A stretch of 64,000 nt of DNA, from positions 5,061-69,060 of the forward strand of contig JAAOMT010000481.1 in NCBI GenBank assembly GCA_016748015.1. The letters run 5' to 3'. Positions 13,346 to 26,634 of the stretch are shown here, piece by piece (position 1 is the first letter of the stretch; each line of letters starts with the position of its first letter). Under the pieces are notes generated by a model. The model saw only the letters and a program-made list of their open reading frames with translations, was not told the DNA's origin and did no database searches. Made by a program: the position numbers and the translations under genes. Source of the stretch: Geosiphon pyriformis uo1 (lineage: Eukaryota > Fungi > Glomeromycota).

Positions 13346-14029
13346 TCTTGTTTGATATTCTACTAGCAAAAATCCCAATATTCGGGAAACGAGAATAAGA
13401 GCCTAAATGAGTAAAATCTTTAGAGTATTCTGATGATGTTTGTTTAGGAGTATGCTGCTAGCTGGTTTCCTTTATACTTATTCAAGTAGTGTATTGACGA
13501 ATCAAACCGTTCTTTGCTTTAATGAGAAAATAAAACATGTTTTTAAGTGCACACGGCAATTTAGGTTTTAATGTTATTTTTTATAATAGATTATCTTTGG
13601 CAATTCCTTTTCTTGTTACCCTATGTAACGGAATATTAGTTAGATTTAATTCCCCCATTGAAGCAAGCTGCATTTATATTGTTTTGTCATATAAAATTTA
13701 TATACGTGTATTGTCTATGAAAGAAGGACTATTGTATTCGCTACAGTTTCGGAAGTAATACAGTAGTTTTCTTCGACTAGGGGTGATTCAGCCTTCAATA
13801 TTGGGAATACCTATTTTGTAGGGTCCTTCATGAATATAAGCCAAAATAATTGTAATATTCAAGAAGGGGAAGGTATTGGGAAATTTTAAGACATACCTAC
13901 GTGAAAGGGGAATTTGGGAAATTAATCTGATAATGGCTGATAGGTGTGATTAGTAAAGTAGATTGATTGATTGGTTGATACCTTTTATAATAATTTAATA
14001 GGATGCTAGTAGTAAAAAGCCCGGATCAA

Positions 14030-14525
14030 ATAAATTCAATTAGAAAAAATTTAATGTGCAAAATTAGTTTTATAAATATTTTAGTTAATATTCGTTTTAA
14101 AAATAACAAAAAAATCTAAAAGTAGAAAAATAGTTATATTATTAATACAAAATAACAAACTAATATAATTTTATGATACATGTTAATATTTTATAAAATT
14201 TAATATTAGGTATTAATTTTTTTTTTCAATAAATATTTATTTAATATATTTTACAAAAATTAAGAAAAAAAAATAAAAAAAAATAAAGAAGTTAGTATTA
14301 TTATATTGATTTTTACTTTAAATGAATTTTAATCTGAATATAGATTTATTTTCTATAGTTTTAGAAAATTATATATATATATTCTCAAAAAAAAATTAAT
14401 AATCAGGTTAATAATTACATTAATGACTATTTTTAAAAATAAAATAATTAGCTAATAATATCAATAATTAATACATATAATTAACCATAACTAAATAAAT
14501 AAATAAAATTAAGAAAAAAAAGTTT
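14030..14525 (+). repeat. Dispersed AT-decayed repeat; an inverted homologue lies at ~45270-45870
   Basis: For example, 14030-14115 'aaattcaattagaaaaaatttaatgtgcaaaattagttttataaatatttttagttaatattcg...' matches the reverse complement of 45780-45870. Similarity continues along both segments. Confidence 0.65.
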
Positions 14526-14544
14526 TAACTATAACAATATAATT

Positions 14545-15400
14545 AAATAGTTAATTTGTGTTAAATTTAATCTAATATATATAAATTAATATTATAACAA
14601 ATTTTGTTTTTAAAAAAACATTTAAAAAAACAGTAAACAATTAATTTCTTTTAATATAAACAACTATTATTATATATTTAATAATTAATTTATATTAAAC
14701 TTGATTTAATGTATACAAATAAATATTATAATAATACATGCTTTAAAAAAACATTTAAAAACCAATAAACAATTAAATATTTCTAATATAAATAATAATT
14801 ATTATATATTTAATAGGTAATATATATTAAATTTAATTTAATACATATAAATTAGCATTGTAGCTACTTATATTTTTAAAAAAATATTTAAAAACCAGCA
14901 AACAGTTAATTTTTTCTAATATAAACAATTATTATTATATATTTAACAGTTAATTTGCATTAAACTTAATTTAATATATATAAATAAATATTGTAAGAAC
15001 TTATATTTCCAAAAAAAAACATTTAAAAATTTTGTAAATAATTGATTTTTTTAATATAAACAACTATTATTATAAATTTAACAATTAATATTTACTAAAT
15101 TTAATTTAATACATCTAAATTAACATTATAACAATCTATGTTTCTAAAAAAACATTTAAAAAATCAGTAAACAGTTAATTTTTTTTAGTATAAACAATTT
15201 TTGTTATATGTTTAACAGTTAATTTGTATTAAATTTAATTTATTATATGTAAATAGGTATTGTAACAATTTATGTTTCTAAAAAATATTTAATAAATTAG
15301 CAAACAATTAATTTTTCTTAATATAAACAACTATTATTATATATCTAAGCAGATATTTAAAAAATTAACAAAAAGTTAATTTTTTTTAATATAGACATTA
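14545..15400 (+). repeat. Tandem array of 133-bp units (~6 copies), AT-decayed
   Basis: The anchor a(c/t)atttaa occurs at 14618, 14751, 14884, 15019, 15152 and 15285 (spacing 133,133,135,133,133). Each is followed by the aligned 'aaaca(a/g)ttaattt...aatataaacaa'. Confidence 0.85.
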
Positions 15401-17925
15401 ATTTACACATATTTTCATTAATTTATATATTAATTATTTTAATAAAGTAGCAATGATAAAAATTTAATACAAAGTATTCAAAATATAATTGAATTATAAA
15501 ACTTACAAACGTTACAAAAACATTTAATTTTACTATTTGACTTGCATATTTAGTTAAATATAATTTAGCAAGTTTTTTTTTGTATTTTTAAAATATTTAA
15601 ATTATTATTTTCACTTTATATTTTCATATTTTTAAACTTTTTTGCACAAAATATTTATATATCATAATTTTACAATTGAATTATTTAAAAAAACTTATAA
15701 AATAAAATAAAATAAGATTACATAGATTAATGATATTATAAAATAGGTAATAAAATTAAGAATATAGATATTAGATGTTTATATAATAAAAAGTTGGAAT
15801 ATAAATAAGTGTATAATTCAAAATATAACTTATATTTGGCTTAATAATTACAGATTATTTTATGTGAGATGGTAGTTTTATTATGACATGCAAATACCAA
15901 AAAAAATCAGAATTTTTTTATTTATTTAATGTGAAATATAATATTTTTTTGTATGCTTTTGAAATTTATAATGGAATTTAAAGTTATAACAGTTTTAGTA
16001 ATTATATAACTTCATTTTCTGTTAAACTAAATTTTTTTTTTGGTGTAAGCGGACAAAATTAATCGTTTTTATTTTTGAAATTTTTAAAAGAATGCAATGC
16101 ACCAAATTTTTTTTGAAACCTTTTTATATTTAAATACTCATAATTTTTAATTATTCTAATTCATTTAAAAGATTACACAAATACAGTAAAATTGAAATAT
16201 ATATATATTTGTATATTCAAAACAGAAATTATCCTTTTGAACTCGTATTAATTCTTTTTAAAAAAAAATATTTAAGTTTAGTCATTCCATTTAATTTTTT
16301 AATATAAAAAATTTGAAAAAATTGTGTTTGAAAATCTAAATTATTGTTGTTTGAAATTTTTGATTAAATATCATAATTTTGAAATAAAGAGTTTATTTAT
16401 TTGTGTATTTTTATTAAATATTAATAATTACTAATAACAGCAATATCTAAATTGCAAATATTTTTAAAATCTGGATTCTCTTTTTATTTGTTATAATTTA
16501 ACCAATTTTTTGTAAATAAGTCAATTTTTTCAAATGAATTCTCAACTTATAAAATTTTAAATTATTTTTAATAGAAATTTATAGGAAAAGTACATTTACA
16601 AATTTAATTTACTCTGGAATGAAACAAAATGTTTCTAATTATATATATATCGTGATTTTATATATACAATTTTTTTTATTTTTTGTGATATAGTTTTATG
16701 CATATTCATGATATATAACTATTAAAGAATTGCATTATAAAATGTATCACATTTAATGTTTCTATTAATATTAGCTGAAAGTAGAAAAAAATATGGTATT
16801 CATTTTACTGAAAATGGTTGGTAAATTTTCAATGAATAATAACGTTTTTATTATACTTGAGTTGATTGCCGATCTAGAAAAATTATAAAAATTTTGGACA
16901 ATTTTTCTTTTTAATTGAAAAATTATAACTGTTGACAAATGAGTAAATTTTTTTTCCTTTGAATTTTGATTTCATAAAAAAATTTTGAATGAACGAATGA
17001 ATGTGAAAAATATTTTTATTAACTCATTACATTTTCTATTTTTATTTGTAAAGTAATTTTAGAAAAATGAAAGTTAGTCAGAGATAATTTTTAAAAGATA
17101 AAAATGTTGTCCAATTTAAAAAATCTTTTAACTCAAATATTGATCATATCATGAAAATTTATATACTTTCATCATCAAATTTTGCGTTGATAATGGTGGG
17201 TGATTGTTACTCCAGAATAAACATGAAAAATTTTTTATGCTGCATATTTTAAAGATTTTTGACTAAATAAAATGTCGACTTTATAAATAACTTCACCCTT
17301 AAAAAAAATTAAAAATTAGCTCAAACAAAAATTTTTTCTAAAAATAAAATACTTTGTTTGGATGCAGTTAGAATCTATAAATAAAATTTATTATTTTGCG
17401 CGATTTATGAAATTTCCAATTTTATCAAGATTATTGTTGATCTCATTGAAAAATCTCTATTAGAAATTTGAAATTCAAAAATAACAAATATTTTGATTTG
17501 ACATTTGTGTTCCACTTACTAGAGCGAAAATGTATTCTAAAATGGGCAATGATAAAGGTTCCGAACATTATTGTTTCTATTTTTATTATTATTCCTCTAT
17601 GACATCATTATCATCAAAAACTGTGCCATTAAAATTATGATGATAATAATAGTTATTCCCCTTATTTTATTTACTTTTTAATAATAATGATTATTGATTA
17701 TTTTCAATGCAATCTATTCTCTTTAACAGATTATACCCCCTCTTCTTCATTCAAATTAATTTTAAAATCTCTTACTTGACCCTTCTCTCTCTATATATTT
17801 TCAAAAATTTGCTTTCGAAACACAAACAATAACTTGAGAAATTTTTTCTCAAATTAAAATTTTAATCTATGATTAGATAAATCAGTCACATATTCTAATC
17901 ATAAAACGAACAATTACAGAGTAAT

Positions 17926-19078
17926 ATGTCTTGCAGAGGTTTCTTGGGAACCAAAAGCTCAATACGACGTAAATTGGTACTTTTAGGGGATGCTACCATT
18001 ATAAAGGCTTCTTTATTAAATGTCTTTACGCAAGGTTATTTCTCGCAGGTATGTAATTTCTAGTTTAATTTGGAAAAAGGGTCATCTTACTATTATTTAA
18101 TAAGAAAGAATTTTTTGATTAAAATTTTATAAAAAATTAATGATATATATGTATAATATGGTAGCTTTTACTCAAATTTTCTCGCTATTATCGAAATCAT
18201 ATAACTCATTAAACAATTTTTAGCCTTTTATTAACTTAATCCATCCATCCATCCATTCATTCATCTATCCATCGACGTTTCTTTTTATTTTTTCTAGATA
18301 TATGAACCAATTATTTTTGAAAATTATGTACACAATATTCAGATTGATAATAAAATTATTGAACTTGCATTATGGGATACCACAGGTAAGTCGTAGAAAT
18401 TCTCGAATCATTAATAAATAAATGAATACAGTTTTTAACTTTACAAATTCTTTTTTTGACAACACAACAGGACAAGAAGAATTTAATCACCTTCGGAAAC
18501 TATCTTACGCGGATGCACATGTCGTTATGTTATGTTTCTCAGTGGATAATCGAGACTCTTTAAAAAATATTGAATCAAAATGGATAGAGGATATTATGGA
18601 ACATTGCCCAAGTGCAAAAATCATATTGGTAGCTTTAAAATGTGATCTGAGAACAGATGAAAATATCACACGTAATATGGCTCGATATGGGCTTAAACCC
18701 ATTTCCTACGAAGAGGTCAATATAAATTTTGATGAATATTTTTATTTTCCCCTTCTAAAATGTTTTTTAATAAAAATATAATTTTCATACTGAGTGCCTT
18801 TTTTCATTAAAATAAATTTAGGGATTAACAGTAGCAAAAAATATAAAAGCATCAGGGTATATAGAATGTTCCGCCAAACAGAATTGGGGTAATATGATTA
18901 TTTAGTAAATTTTCAAAATTCTTCTGCTGATATACTTCCATTATTAACAAAAAACTCACTGTAAATCTCTTTGATAGGAGTGAAAGAGGCCTTTGAAGAA
19001 GCAGCACGGTTAAGCTTATCGGTAAGACCAAAAGGTGTGTCAAATGACCCAAAATTTTTATGTTGTTGTATACAATAA
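17926..19078 (+). CDS. Rho3-like small GTPase with degenerate G1/G2 motifs, 207 aa, 5 exons (17926-18048, 18298-18385, 18471-18715, 18822-18888, 18978-19078)
   Basis: Four GT-AG introns with matching phases give 123+88+245+67+101=624 nt with no internal stop. The protein reads MSCRGFLGTKSSIRRKLVLLGDATIIKASLLNVFTQGYFSQIYEPIIFENYVHNIQIDNKIIELALWDTTGQEEFNHLRKLSYADAHVVMLCFSVDNRDSL...LVALKCDLR...YIECSAKQNWGVKEAFEEAARLSL...CCCIQ. LLNVFTxGYF, ENYVH and VALKCDLR are Rho3-subfamily features. Confidence 0.92.
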
Positions 19079-19265
19079 GCCGAATGTAGAATCCTTGAGC
19101 ATTGAATTTAATTTAACCATTCTATATGTTAAAAAACCATATTTTATTGTAAATCTAAACGGTTTTATTATTCAAGCTAACGGGAAAAAAGTAAAATGAT
19201 TTGAGAATATATAAATTATATATAATTAGAAAGCTAAAAAGTAGAGGATTTTATTAAAAAAAAAT

Positions 19266-20422
19266 TTAATATGATATTTTTTCCCTCTTATTCACAATTA
19301 TCATCTCACAACAATTTTTCATTGATCCCACTAATCCAATTAGGGTAGATTGGAGAATATCTAGCCACTCTTCCTTCATAAACTGTTCTAATTCATCCCG
19401 ATTTTTGGCCATACGCCTCTCTACATTTCTTTTCACAATGCCCATAAGTTTTCAATGGAATTCAAGTCAGAACTATTAGATGGCTAAGTTATAACTTCAG
19501 GCATATTCTCTTGAAGAAAGGCTTTGGCTAGACGGCTTGTGTGCTTTGGGTCATTGTCCTATTGAAACCGTCACTCATTCCCTAACATTCCAATTATCCC
19601 AGGTAAATGTTTACGAATAATTTCTACATAGAACTTAGCATTCATTATTTGGGTAAAACAAAATAAACTTACCTTTTCTTTCTCATAAAAACCACCACAC
19701 ACCATAATTTTTGTCCAATTTTTTTGTATAGCACGAATTGGTCACTGGCCTTTATATTAACGTTTTACTGTAATTCGGAATAGACAAAAAGCTGTTTTAT
19801 CTGAAAAAACAGTTCTTTTCCAACTATCATTGAGATGTTCTTGAGCCCACTTTACACAATTTTTCTTGTGGAGATTGGTGAGCATTGGAGTTGCCAAAGG
19901 CAAGTCTTTTTTATATCCATGATTAATTAAATGCCTTTGGATAGTACTAGAAGAAACGTCTACATTCTTTTTTGCTAATTTTATTTTCAAAGTCCTCAAA
20001 GATATTAAAGAATTCCGACAGAGGTATTGTCTTAATGTTCGTGATGCATCTCCTTTAATTTTTCGCAGCCGACCATTTCCACCCGCGTGCACTACCATTC
20101 CTGTTTTTTCGAGTTTTTTAAGGATATTATAAATAATAGAGCATGGTACATTTGTTCGCTGTTTTATTTCAGTTGCGTCTCATATCCCTTCATTCCAAAA
20201 ATATAATACGGTCTGGCGCTGTGTTTCTTGCTTGGAAGGTAGGATTATGCAAGAAAATTTCAAAAAAATTATTAGTAAAACGCGCGAAAAAAATTTATCA
20301 TATTTAGCCATTTATCTTAGCATTCACTTCCTAATTCAACCGCCACAAACTAACTAAAATTAGTTAAACTGTATCAAATTTTGTGATGCGCATTTTTGTC
20401 CAGTTTTTTTTGCAACACACTG
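19266..20422 (-). mobile_element. Tc1/mariner DNA transposon with an inactivated transposase and one TIR
   Basis: HTH region and VKWAQEHLNDSWKRTVFSDKTAF, then QxDNDPKHTS and xPSNSSDLNSIENLW motifs, with stops and frameshifts. Terminal TA|CAGTGTGTTGCAAAAAAAACTGGAC at 20424-20398. The other TIR was not found. Confidence 0.9.
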
Positions 20423-20514
20423 TATACTACATAAAGACGCCAAACAAGTTTCTGATTGTCTCATTGTTTGAACGAGTATTTCAATTTATTTATTTGCAGA
20501 ACACTAGCAACAAC

Positions 20515-20517
<3 letters not shown>

Positions 20518-20562
<45 letters not shown>
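20518..20562. repeat. (ATA)n microsatellite
   Basis: About 15 perfect ATA units. Other short arrays are (CCAT)n ~18240-18272, (TAT)n ~31920-31950 and (ACTT)n ~49965-50000. Confidence 0.95.
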
Positions 20563-20563
<1 letters not shown>

Positions 20564-22249
20564 CCCATTTTTTGAAAATTAAATTAAATTAAAAGATTTA
20601 ATTTTAAAATTGAAATAAAAGTTTTAAAAACTGAAATAACATAAAAGAATTTATTCATTTATTAAAACAAAGCAAAATAATATATTTGTTTTATAAATTT
20701 AATATTATTCAACAAACTTTTACTATTTATAAATTCATCTAAATAAATAAAGTATTTTCACGTTTATAAATCAAAATTTTAATATACATTATTAACAATA
20801 AATTATAATTATTTTATCGCTAATTAAAGTTTAAGTCTAATTCCTATTTCACATTAAAATAGCAAGATAAAGAAAAATAAAGTTGCCATTTTTACTTATT
20901 TCAGCGATAATTACCTTCTTAGAGATAAAAATTGATAATACTATCTTCAAATCATTGTAAAAACCTTACAAGGGTTTATAACCACTATCTTGAGTCAGAG
21001 ATTTTTTCAACGGAAGATCTTGAATAAAATATGAATGTAATTAATTTCATTAAATTCTGGTGCTAAAACCTAATAATAGAATTAATATTAATTAATTTGT
21101 CTAACTAGCTTCTCGACTAAAGAATTAGATTTTATCAATTTTTTTATAATCCTTTAATTAATTTACCTTTGGTAGATATCGAGTTAGATAGAGGCTCGCC
21201 ATTTAAATAAAATTACTATAGTTAAAAAAATTATCTCTTTTCAAGGTTTAAAAGTTAAAGGCTCAGAGCAAAAGATCTTGATATCATTTGTACAAATCTA
21301 ATTTTTATTACATTAACTTTAAATCACCTGAAATTTTAAAAAATAAAATGTGAAAGATTTAGAAAATACCAAGTTTTCATAAAATTTATAAAACTTATCT
21401 TTTAGAAATTGTGTTAAACTTACTAAAAAAATATTCAAAATAATTTTCTAAATTGAATTTTCCTTTATTCTATTAAATAAATATTCCAAAAACAGTCATT
21501 TAAAAATAAAAAATACATTTCTTTAATAAAAGGCTGCGCAAAACCCTAAAACACTTGTTAATAAGATTGTAATATAGAAACATAGATGATCAAATATTTA
21601 CTCAACAAATTAACTATATCATTCTAATAGTTTAATTTACACCCTAAAAACCACTACAATGTATGCATTTATTGAACATGCAAATTCTAAACAAAAAATA
21701 CATTTGAAATAATTACAGGAAAGGTTCAACAAGAATTTTATATTTAAAATTAACTAGATTTGTTGTTAATTTGATTAACTGATTTAATAAATTCAATAAG
21801 ACTAAACCGATTCTGAGGTAAACTCTGGAAACCCACCATATTGTCATGTATATAATAGAACCATCAAGCAAGCACATTTAATAAATCGAATAAAGATTAT
21901 TTTGTTAATGTTGTCATTGGTAATAATTTTCTCAAAGATGAAATATAATGAAGCATCAGAGAAATCCATAGAAATATTTCGTTTGTATCAATTTAAATAT
22001 CATTTAATACTTATTTCTTTAACTATTGATTCTTTTCCCAAATCTTTGAGAAGAAAACAAACTAAAATTAATTGCATTTACTATTATTGCATTCATTATA
22101 ACAATTCTTCTATATTTTATTAAAAAAAGAAAATTTCTTGGGTATTTTACCTTTTTTCACAGCTTTATTATATCAACTATTATTATTAAAATTTTTAAAT
22201 TAATAAATATATTAATTTAGAGTAACATAAAAATTTTTTGGTTTAATAA

Positions 22250-23050
22250 GTTGACTGCCATTATGTTAATTGTGAAAATTCTTAGCACAATAATTGAGAA
22301 CAGAAATTTATTTAAAAGCATGTTTATAAAAGGTGGACAGATTTTTAGTATCTGATCCAGACTTTTTAAAGTGATGACTGGCCATACCAGAAAGGTTTAT
22401 TGAAAAGAGATGATATCAGATACATGAAATTAAACAATTTAATGGTAATAAAGTTTAATTGCAGGTATGTATTAATCTAAAAGTTCAAACGTTGAAATTA
22501 AAAGCTTAGAAGATTTTTTACAGCTGGTATTCAAATAATAATATTATCTATATAAAAGGCTTAAAAATTGGAAATTTTCTCATTATTTTTGTTAAGATTT
22601 TTGTCTAAATAAGGCTTACAGCGAGCCAAATTCAGAATTTATTATCAGATTTGGTAACAAAAGTTTAAAACAGATAAGAAATCTTTGTTTATATGGTTAA
22701 AACTGTTGTAAGATGAAAATTTTTCTTCTTATTAGCCTACCAAAAATTATACCCAAAAGTTCAAATAAGAGTAGTCACATTCAGCAAATCCCATCCAGGT
22801 GACCAAAATTTTGCATCACATATTTTTTCAACAGATGTAAAGAGATATTAACATCTACATACAAAGTATTAGATTTTCTAGTATAGCAATTGTGATACTT
22901 GTGATAAAAATTTGCCACTTTTAAAATGCTCAGAACTTCTGAAAAAACATAGAATTTTCAATTTGAATATGTAAAAAAGATTACTGTGAGTATTAATGTT
23001 CGAAATCTGAGATTTTTGAGTTGTAATTATTCAAATTCATTATTTTTTTA
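22250..23050 (+). pseudogene. Decayed class 3 lipase-like gene
   Basis: ~22730-22905 reads LAYQKLYPKVQIRVVTFSKSHPGDQNFASHIF...Y*HLHTKY*IF*YSNCDTC. This resembles the lipase-3 'VTFGxPRxGDxxFA' and 'YxHxxxEYWI..C.C' motifs. GxSxG was not recovered and the boundaries are uncertain. Confidence 0.45.
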
Positions 23051-24309
23051 AAATTACAATGCAGAAAAATACAGCTTAATTTAAAAAAACTAAATAGATT
23101 CATATTTTAGAATGATATGAATTGTGACTATAATCAGAAAAGCTTTGAACTAAAAATCTTAATAAATTTACAATTTAATCTTGGCAATATTTTAGAAAAA
23201 TTCTTAATAAAAAATGTTTTGAAAGAATTTAATAAAAGGAATTACAGCTAATTATAATCTTTGATAAATATTTTATCTCTAAATTGAATTTATTTTTATT
23301 TATAAGTGTTTAATATTAACCTTTATTTACAGTTTTAAATTTATTAATATGATATAAAAATTGATATAAGATCTTTAACATCAATAATTAAATTAGCAAA
23401 AAAAGCAAATAATTTAATTTCAAGTGGATCATAATAAATATACATTTATTTTAATCTCTTATCATCTGATTTTCATTATCAGAATAAAATTTGATGATGG
23501 TAAACTCTTAATTTGGAAAAATATTATAAAATATTATTCAAAAAAATGTTTTTTATAAATTTTTGCCTTGATAAATATTAGAAAATTTTAATTATTAATA
23601 ATTTAAACTCTTTTATATATACCAAGTTTTAAACAATAAATCATGTAAGTTAAGATTTAATAATAAGGTTTTGAAAAAAATTACACATAGTAATAGACTT
23701 GGGCACTATTATTTACAAACCAATTTCATATTTTTAATTTGATAAATTAATAAACAATTTTTTTTGGTTAATTTTAAAAATATTTTCAAAATTTAAAAGC
23801 AGTAATTATTATAAGACAACCCTTAAATTTGAACACTTAAATTATAATTATAATTTTCATTATTTTTAAAAATTTAATAAAAAATTTAACAAAAATAGTT
23901 AATATGGCAACAAAAAAAAGTTATTCAAAAATATATAAATCTTACATATATCAAAAACATTTTTTTCTTCAAATATTATTTTAACTCTTTTTAAATAGTT
24001 TATAATAACTATTTCTTAAAATTATTACTCTTATAAAAAAAACATAAAAAGTTATTTTGGAATTTATTTACCAAACTTTTAAAACAAGCTTTAAAAAAAC
24101 ACAATATTTAATTTTATTAATATTTTAATAGTTATTATAATTTAATAAAAACTTTAACAGTGTTTTAATAAACAAAACAATAATTATATTTTTTACATAA
24201 AAAATACTTAATAAAAAAACAGTGCTTAAAACAACAAAAGAAAATATTTAATAAATTTAAAAATAGTTGAATTAATAAACATTTATTACAAAATTAGAAC
24301 AGCTTTTAA

Positions 24310-26634
24310 CTTATTACTAATTTTCTGTCTTTTTGTGACAGTTTTTTATGGGTTAATAACAAAATACACTCCAATATTATCTTTGATTATTTTTGTTTTC
24401 GATTATAAGCAAAGCATCTAAATGGTTTTTTATTTAATAATTATAGATTATAAGAAAAATATTTGAATATTATAATCAAAAAAAAATTTTTCTATGCTAA
24501 TTAAAAAAAAGTCTGTTTTGGGACTAAAATAATTTTTTTTATAACTGTTTTGTCGTTTTATTGCTGATTACTTTGGGTATTACAATAACTGATAACCAAT
24601 TGGTTCTTTTGTAATACTTTTTGATTTGTTTACCATGAACAAGTCGATTATTAAATATTAAACCATTTTAGTTTGATTTGTATTCAAAAAGTGTTTTATA
24701 TGTTTTTTTTTTCTTTAGTTTTTTTAAAAAAAAAATTATTTTTTTGTATACTATTTTTTTTGCCTTTATTAAAGAATTTAGAATTGTTTCAAGTTTTTAT
24801 AGTAAAATGTTTTTATAATTAAGTTCAGTTATTTTTTTAAAGAGTATTGTTTTGATATCTGTTTCAATTAATAACATTGCTATATATTTATAAAATAAGT
24901 AGAAAAGTTTATAATCAGTTATGTTATAATTTACTCTTCTATAAGCAAAGAAAGCTAAAGCAAAATTTTGTTCTATAGATTCGTTTTTTTATTGGTTTTT
25001 GCTAAAGTTTTACAAAGTGTTTGGTTGAAATGTTCCATTAATTTATTGGTTTATAAATGATAAAGGGAGAAGAATTTGTAATATACTCTAAGTTTTTTTA
25101 ATAGTTCTTCTACTAATAAAATAAGAAAAGCTTTTTTCTGTCTAAAAGCAGTTTTTAAAGACATTTATGTCTACATTTAATTTTCTCATAGGTAAAGTTG
25201 GCGATTGAAATAACTGTTTAATTTGGTATTGTTTTTGTTTCTATTCATTTTGTTAAATAATAAGTTGCTGTTATAATATATTTATTTCTATCAAAAGTTA
25301 CTGTCAGAAATCCAATAACATTAATTCCAATTTTGTCAAAAAGTTTACCAATAAATATAGGATAAATGTTTTTTTTTATTGAATTTTTTTTTTATTAACA
25401 GATATTACAAGTTTCAATATATTTTGTTATATTTTTTTCTAATGTTGGTCAATAATATCTTATTAATGTTTTTTGAATAGTCTTTGTTTTTTCAAAATGT
25501 TTTGTTAAAGAATCAGTATGCATATTATATATATGATTTTTTTTTCTCAAATTGGTTCTAATAAATCAAATAAAAATTTGATTGTTTTCACAAATGTTTT
25601 TTTTGCTGTCAATTATATTCTGATAAATTTTTTTTATCCAAAAATTTAATTAGTGCTGAATAGTTTTTCAAGTTTATTTGTTAGTTGTTAATTTAAGCAA
25701 TTAATTAATGATTAATTTAATTGGTTTTTACTAAGTAACCAATCAAGATAAAACATCTGTATTATGATTGCTTATTTTTTTTAATATTTAATGTTGTAAT
25801 TAAATTCATCTAAGTAGATAATTCAATAGAAAAGTTTTTTATAATCCAATTTTATTTTGTTTTTTAGCCAAATTAAAGCTTAATGATCAATATATAAATA
25901 GAATTTTCTTTCTATAAAATACTTATTCCAGTAATCAATAGATTATACTACTGCTAAGCATTTTTTTTTAGTTATTGTATAGTTTTCTCTGCTTATCTTA
26001 GGATTTTATTATTATAGACTATAACTTGCTTTTTTTTTCTTTATTTTTTTGTGATAAAATAGCATCAAGAGAAACATCAAAGACATTAGTATGAAAAATG
26101 AATGGCTTGTAAAAATTAGGTTGTTTTAAGATTGGCTTAGGAGTTAGTTTTTTCTTAAGAGTTTTAAATGCTTTTTGTTAAAAAATACTTTAATAATAAT
26201 TAATATTTTTCTTTAGAAGCTGATTAAACAGATTTGCAATTTTAGAGAAATTTTTAATGAACTTTTAATAGTATGAAACTAATTCCAAAAAAAATTATAG
26301 CTCAGAAATATTCATCAATTGTCTAAGTTTTTGTACTTTTTTAATTTTGGTTGGGTCTAGAAAGATTCTATTTTTTGTTATAAGATGTCTTAAAAACTGG
26401 GAAGACTGTTTTTTGAAGAATATTTTGATAAAATTGATCATAAGTTTGGCATTTCTTAGAAGATTGAAAACTTTTTAAAGATATTCTAAGTGTTTATTTC
26501 AAGTTTTCGAGTATACAATTATATCATCAAAGTACACAAAAATAAACTTTTGATGTTCTAATCCAAATACTTTATTCATTAATCTTTTAAATGTAAGTGA
26601 GACATTTGTTAATCCAAAAGACATTACTGTGAAT
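24310..26634 (-). mobile_element. Ty3/Gypsy LTR retrotransposon pol relic (RT C-half, RNase H, integrase)
   Basis: RT: EFTVMSFGLTNVSLTFKRLMNKVF...FIFVYFDDIIVYSKT. Connection/RNase H: QKAFKTLKKKL..KPILKQPNFYKPFIFHTN. Integrase: NKYIITATYYLTK*IE, YHL*TNKLMEHFNQTL and RLVHGKQIKKYY. The RT-RH-INT order indicates Gypsy. Many stops. Confidence 0.88.

Noticed and set aside
18422-18781. 119-aa ORF as a complete small protein
   Set aside because: It is exon 3 of the Rho3-like gene, read through into the flanking introns.
23090-23200. Transposon-like terminus at the left end of the duplicated block (also ~50870-50900)
   Set aside because: No TIR, TSD or Helitron-type end could be identified, so the block is reported as a segmental duplication and not as a defined element.
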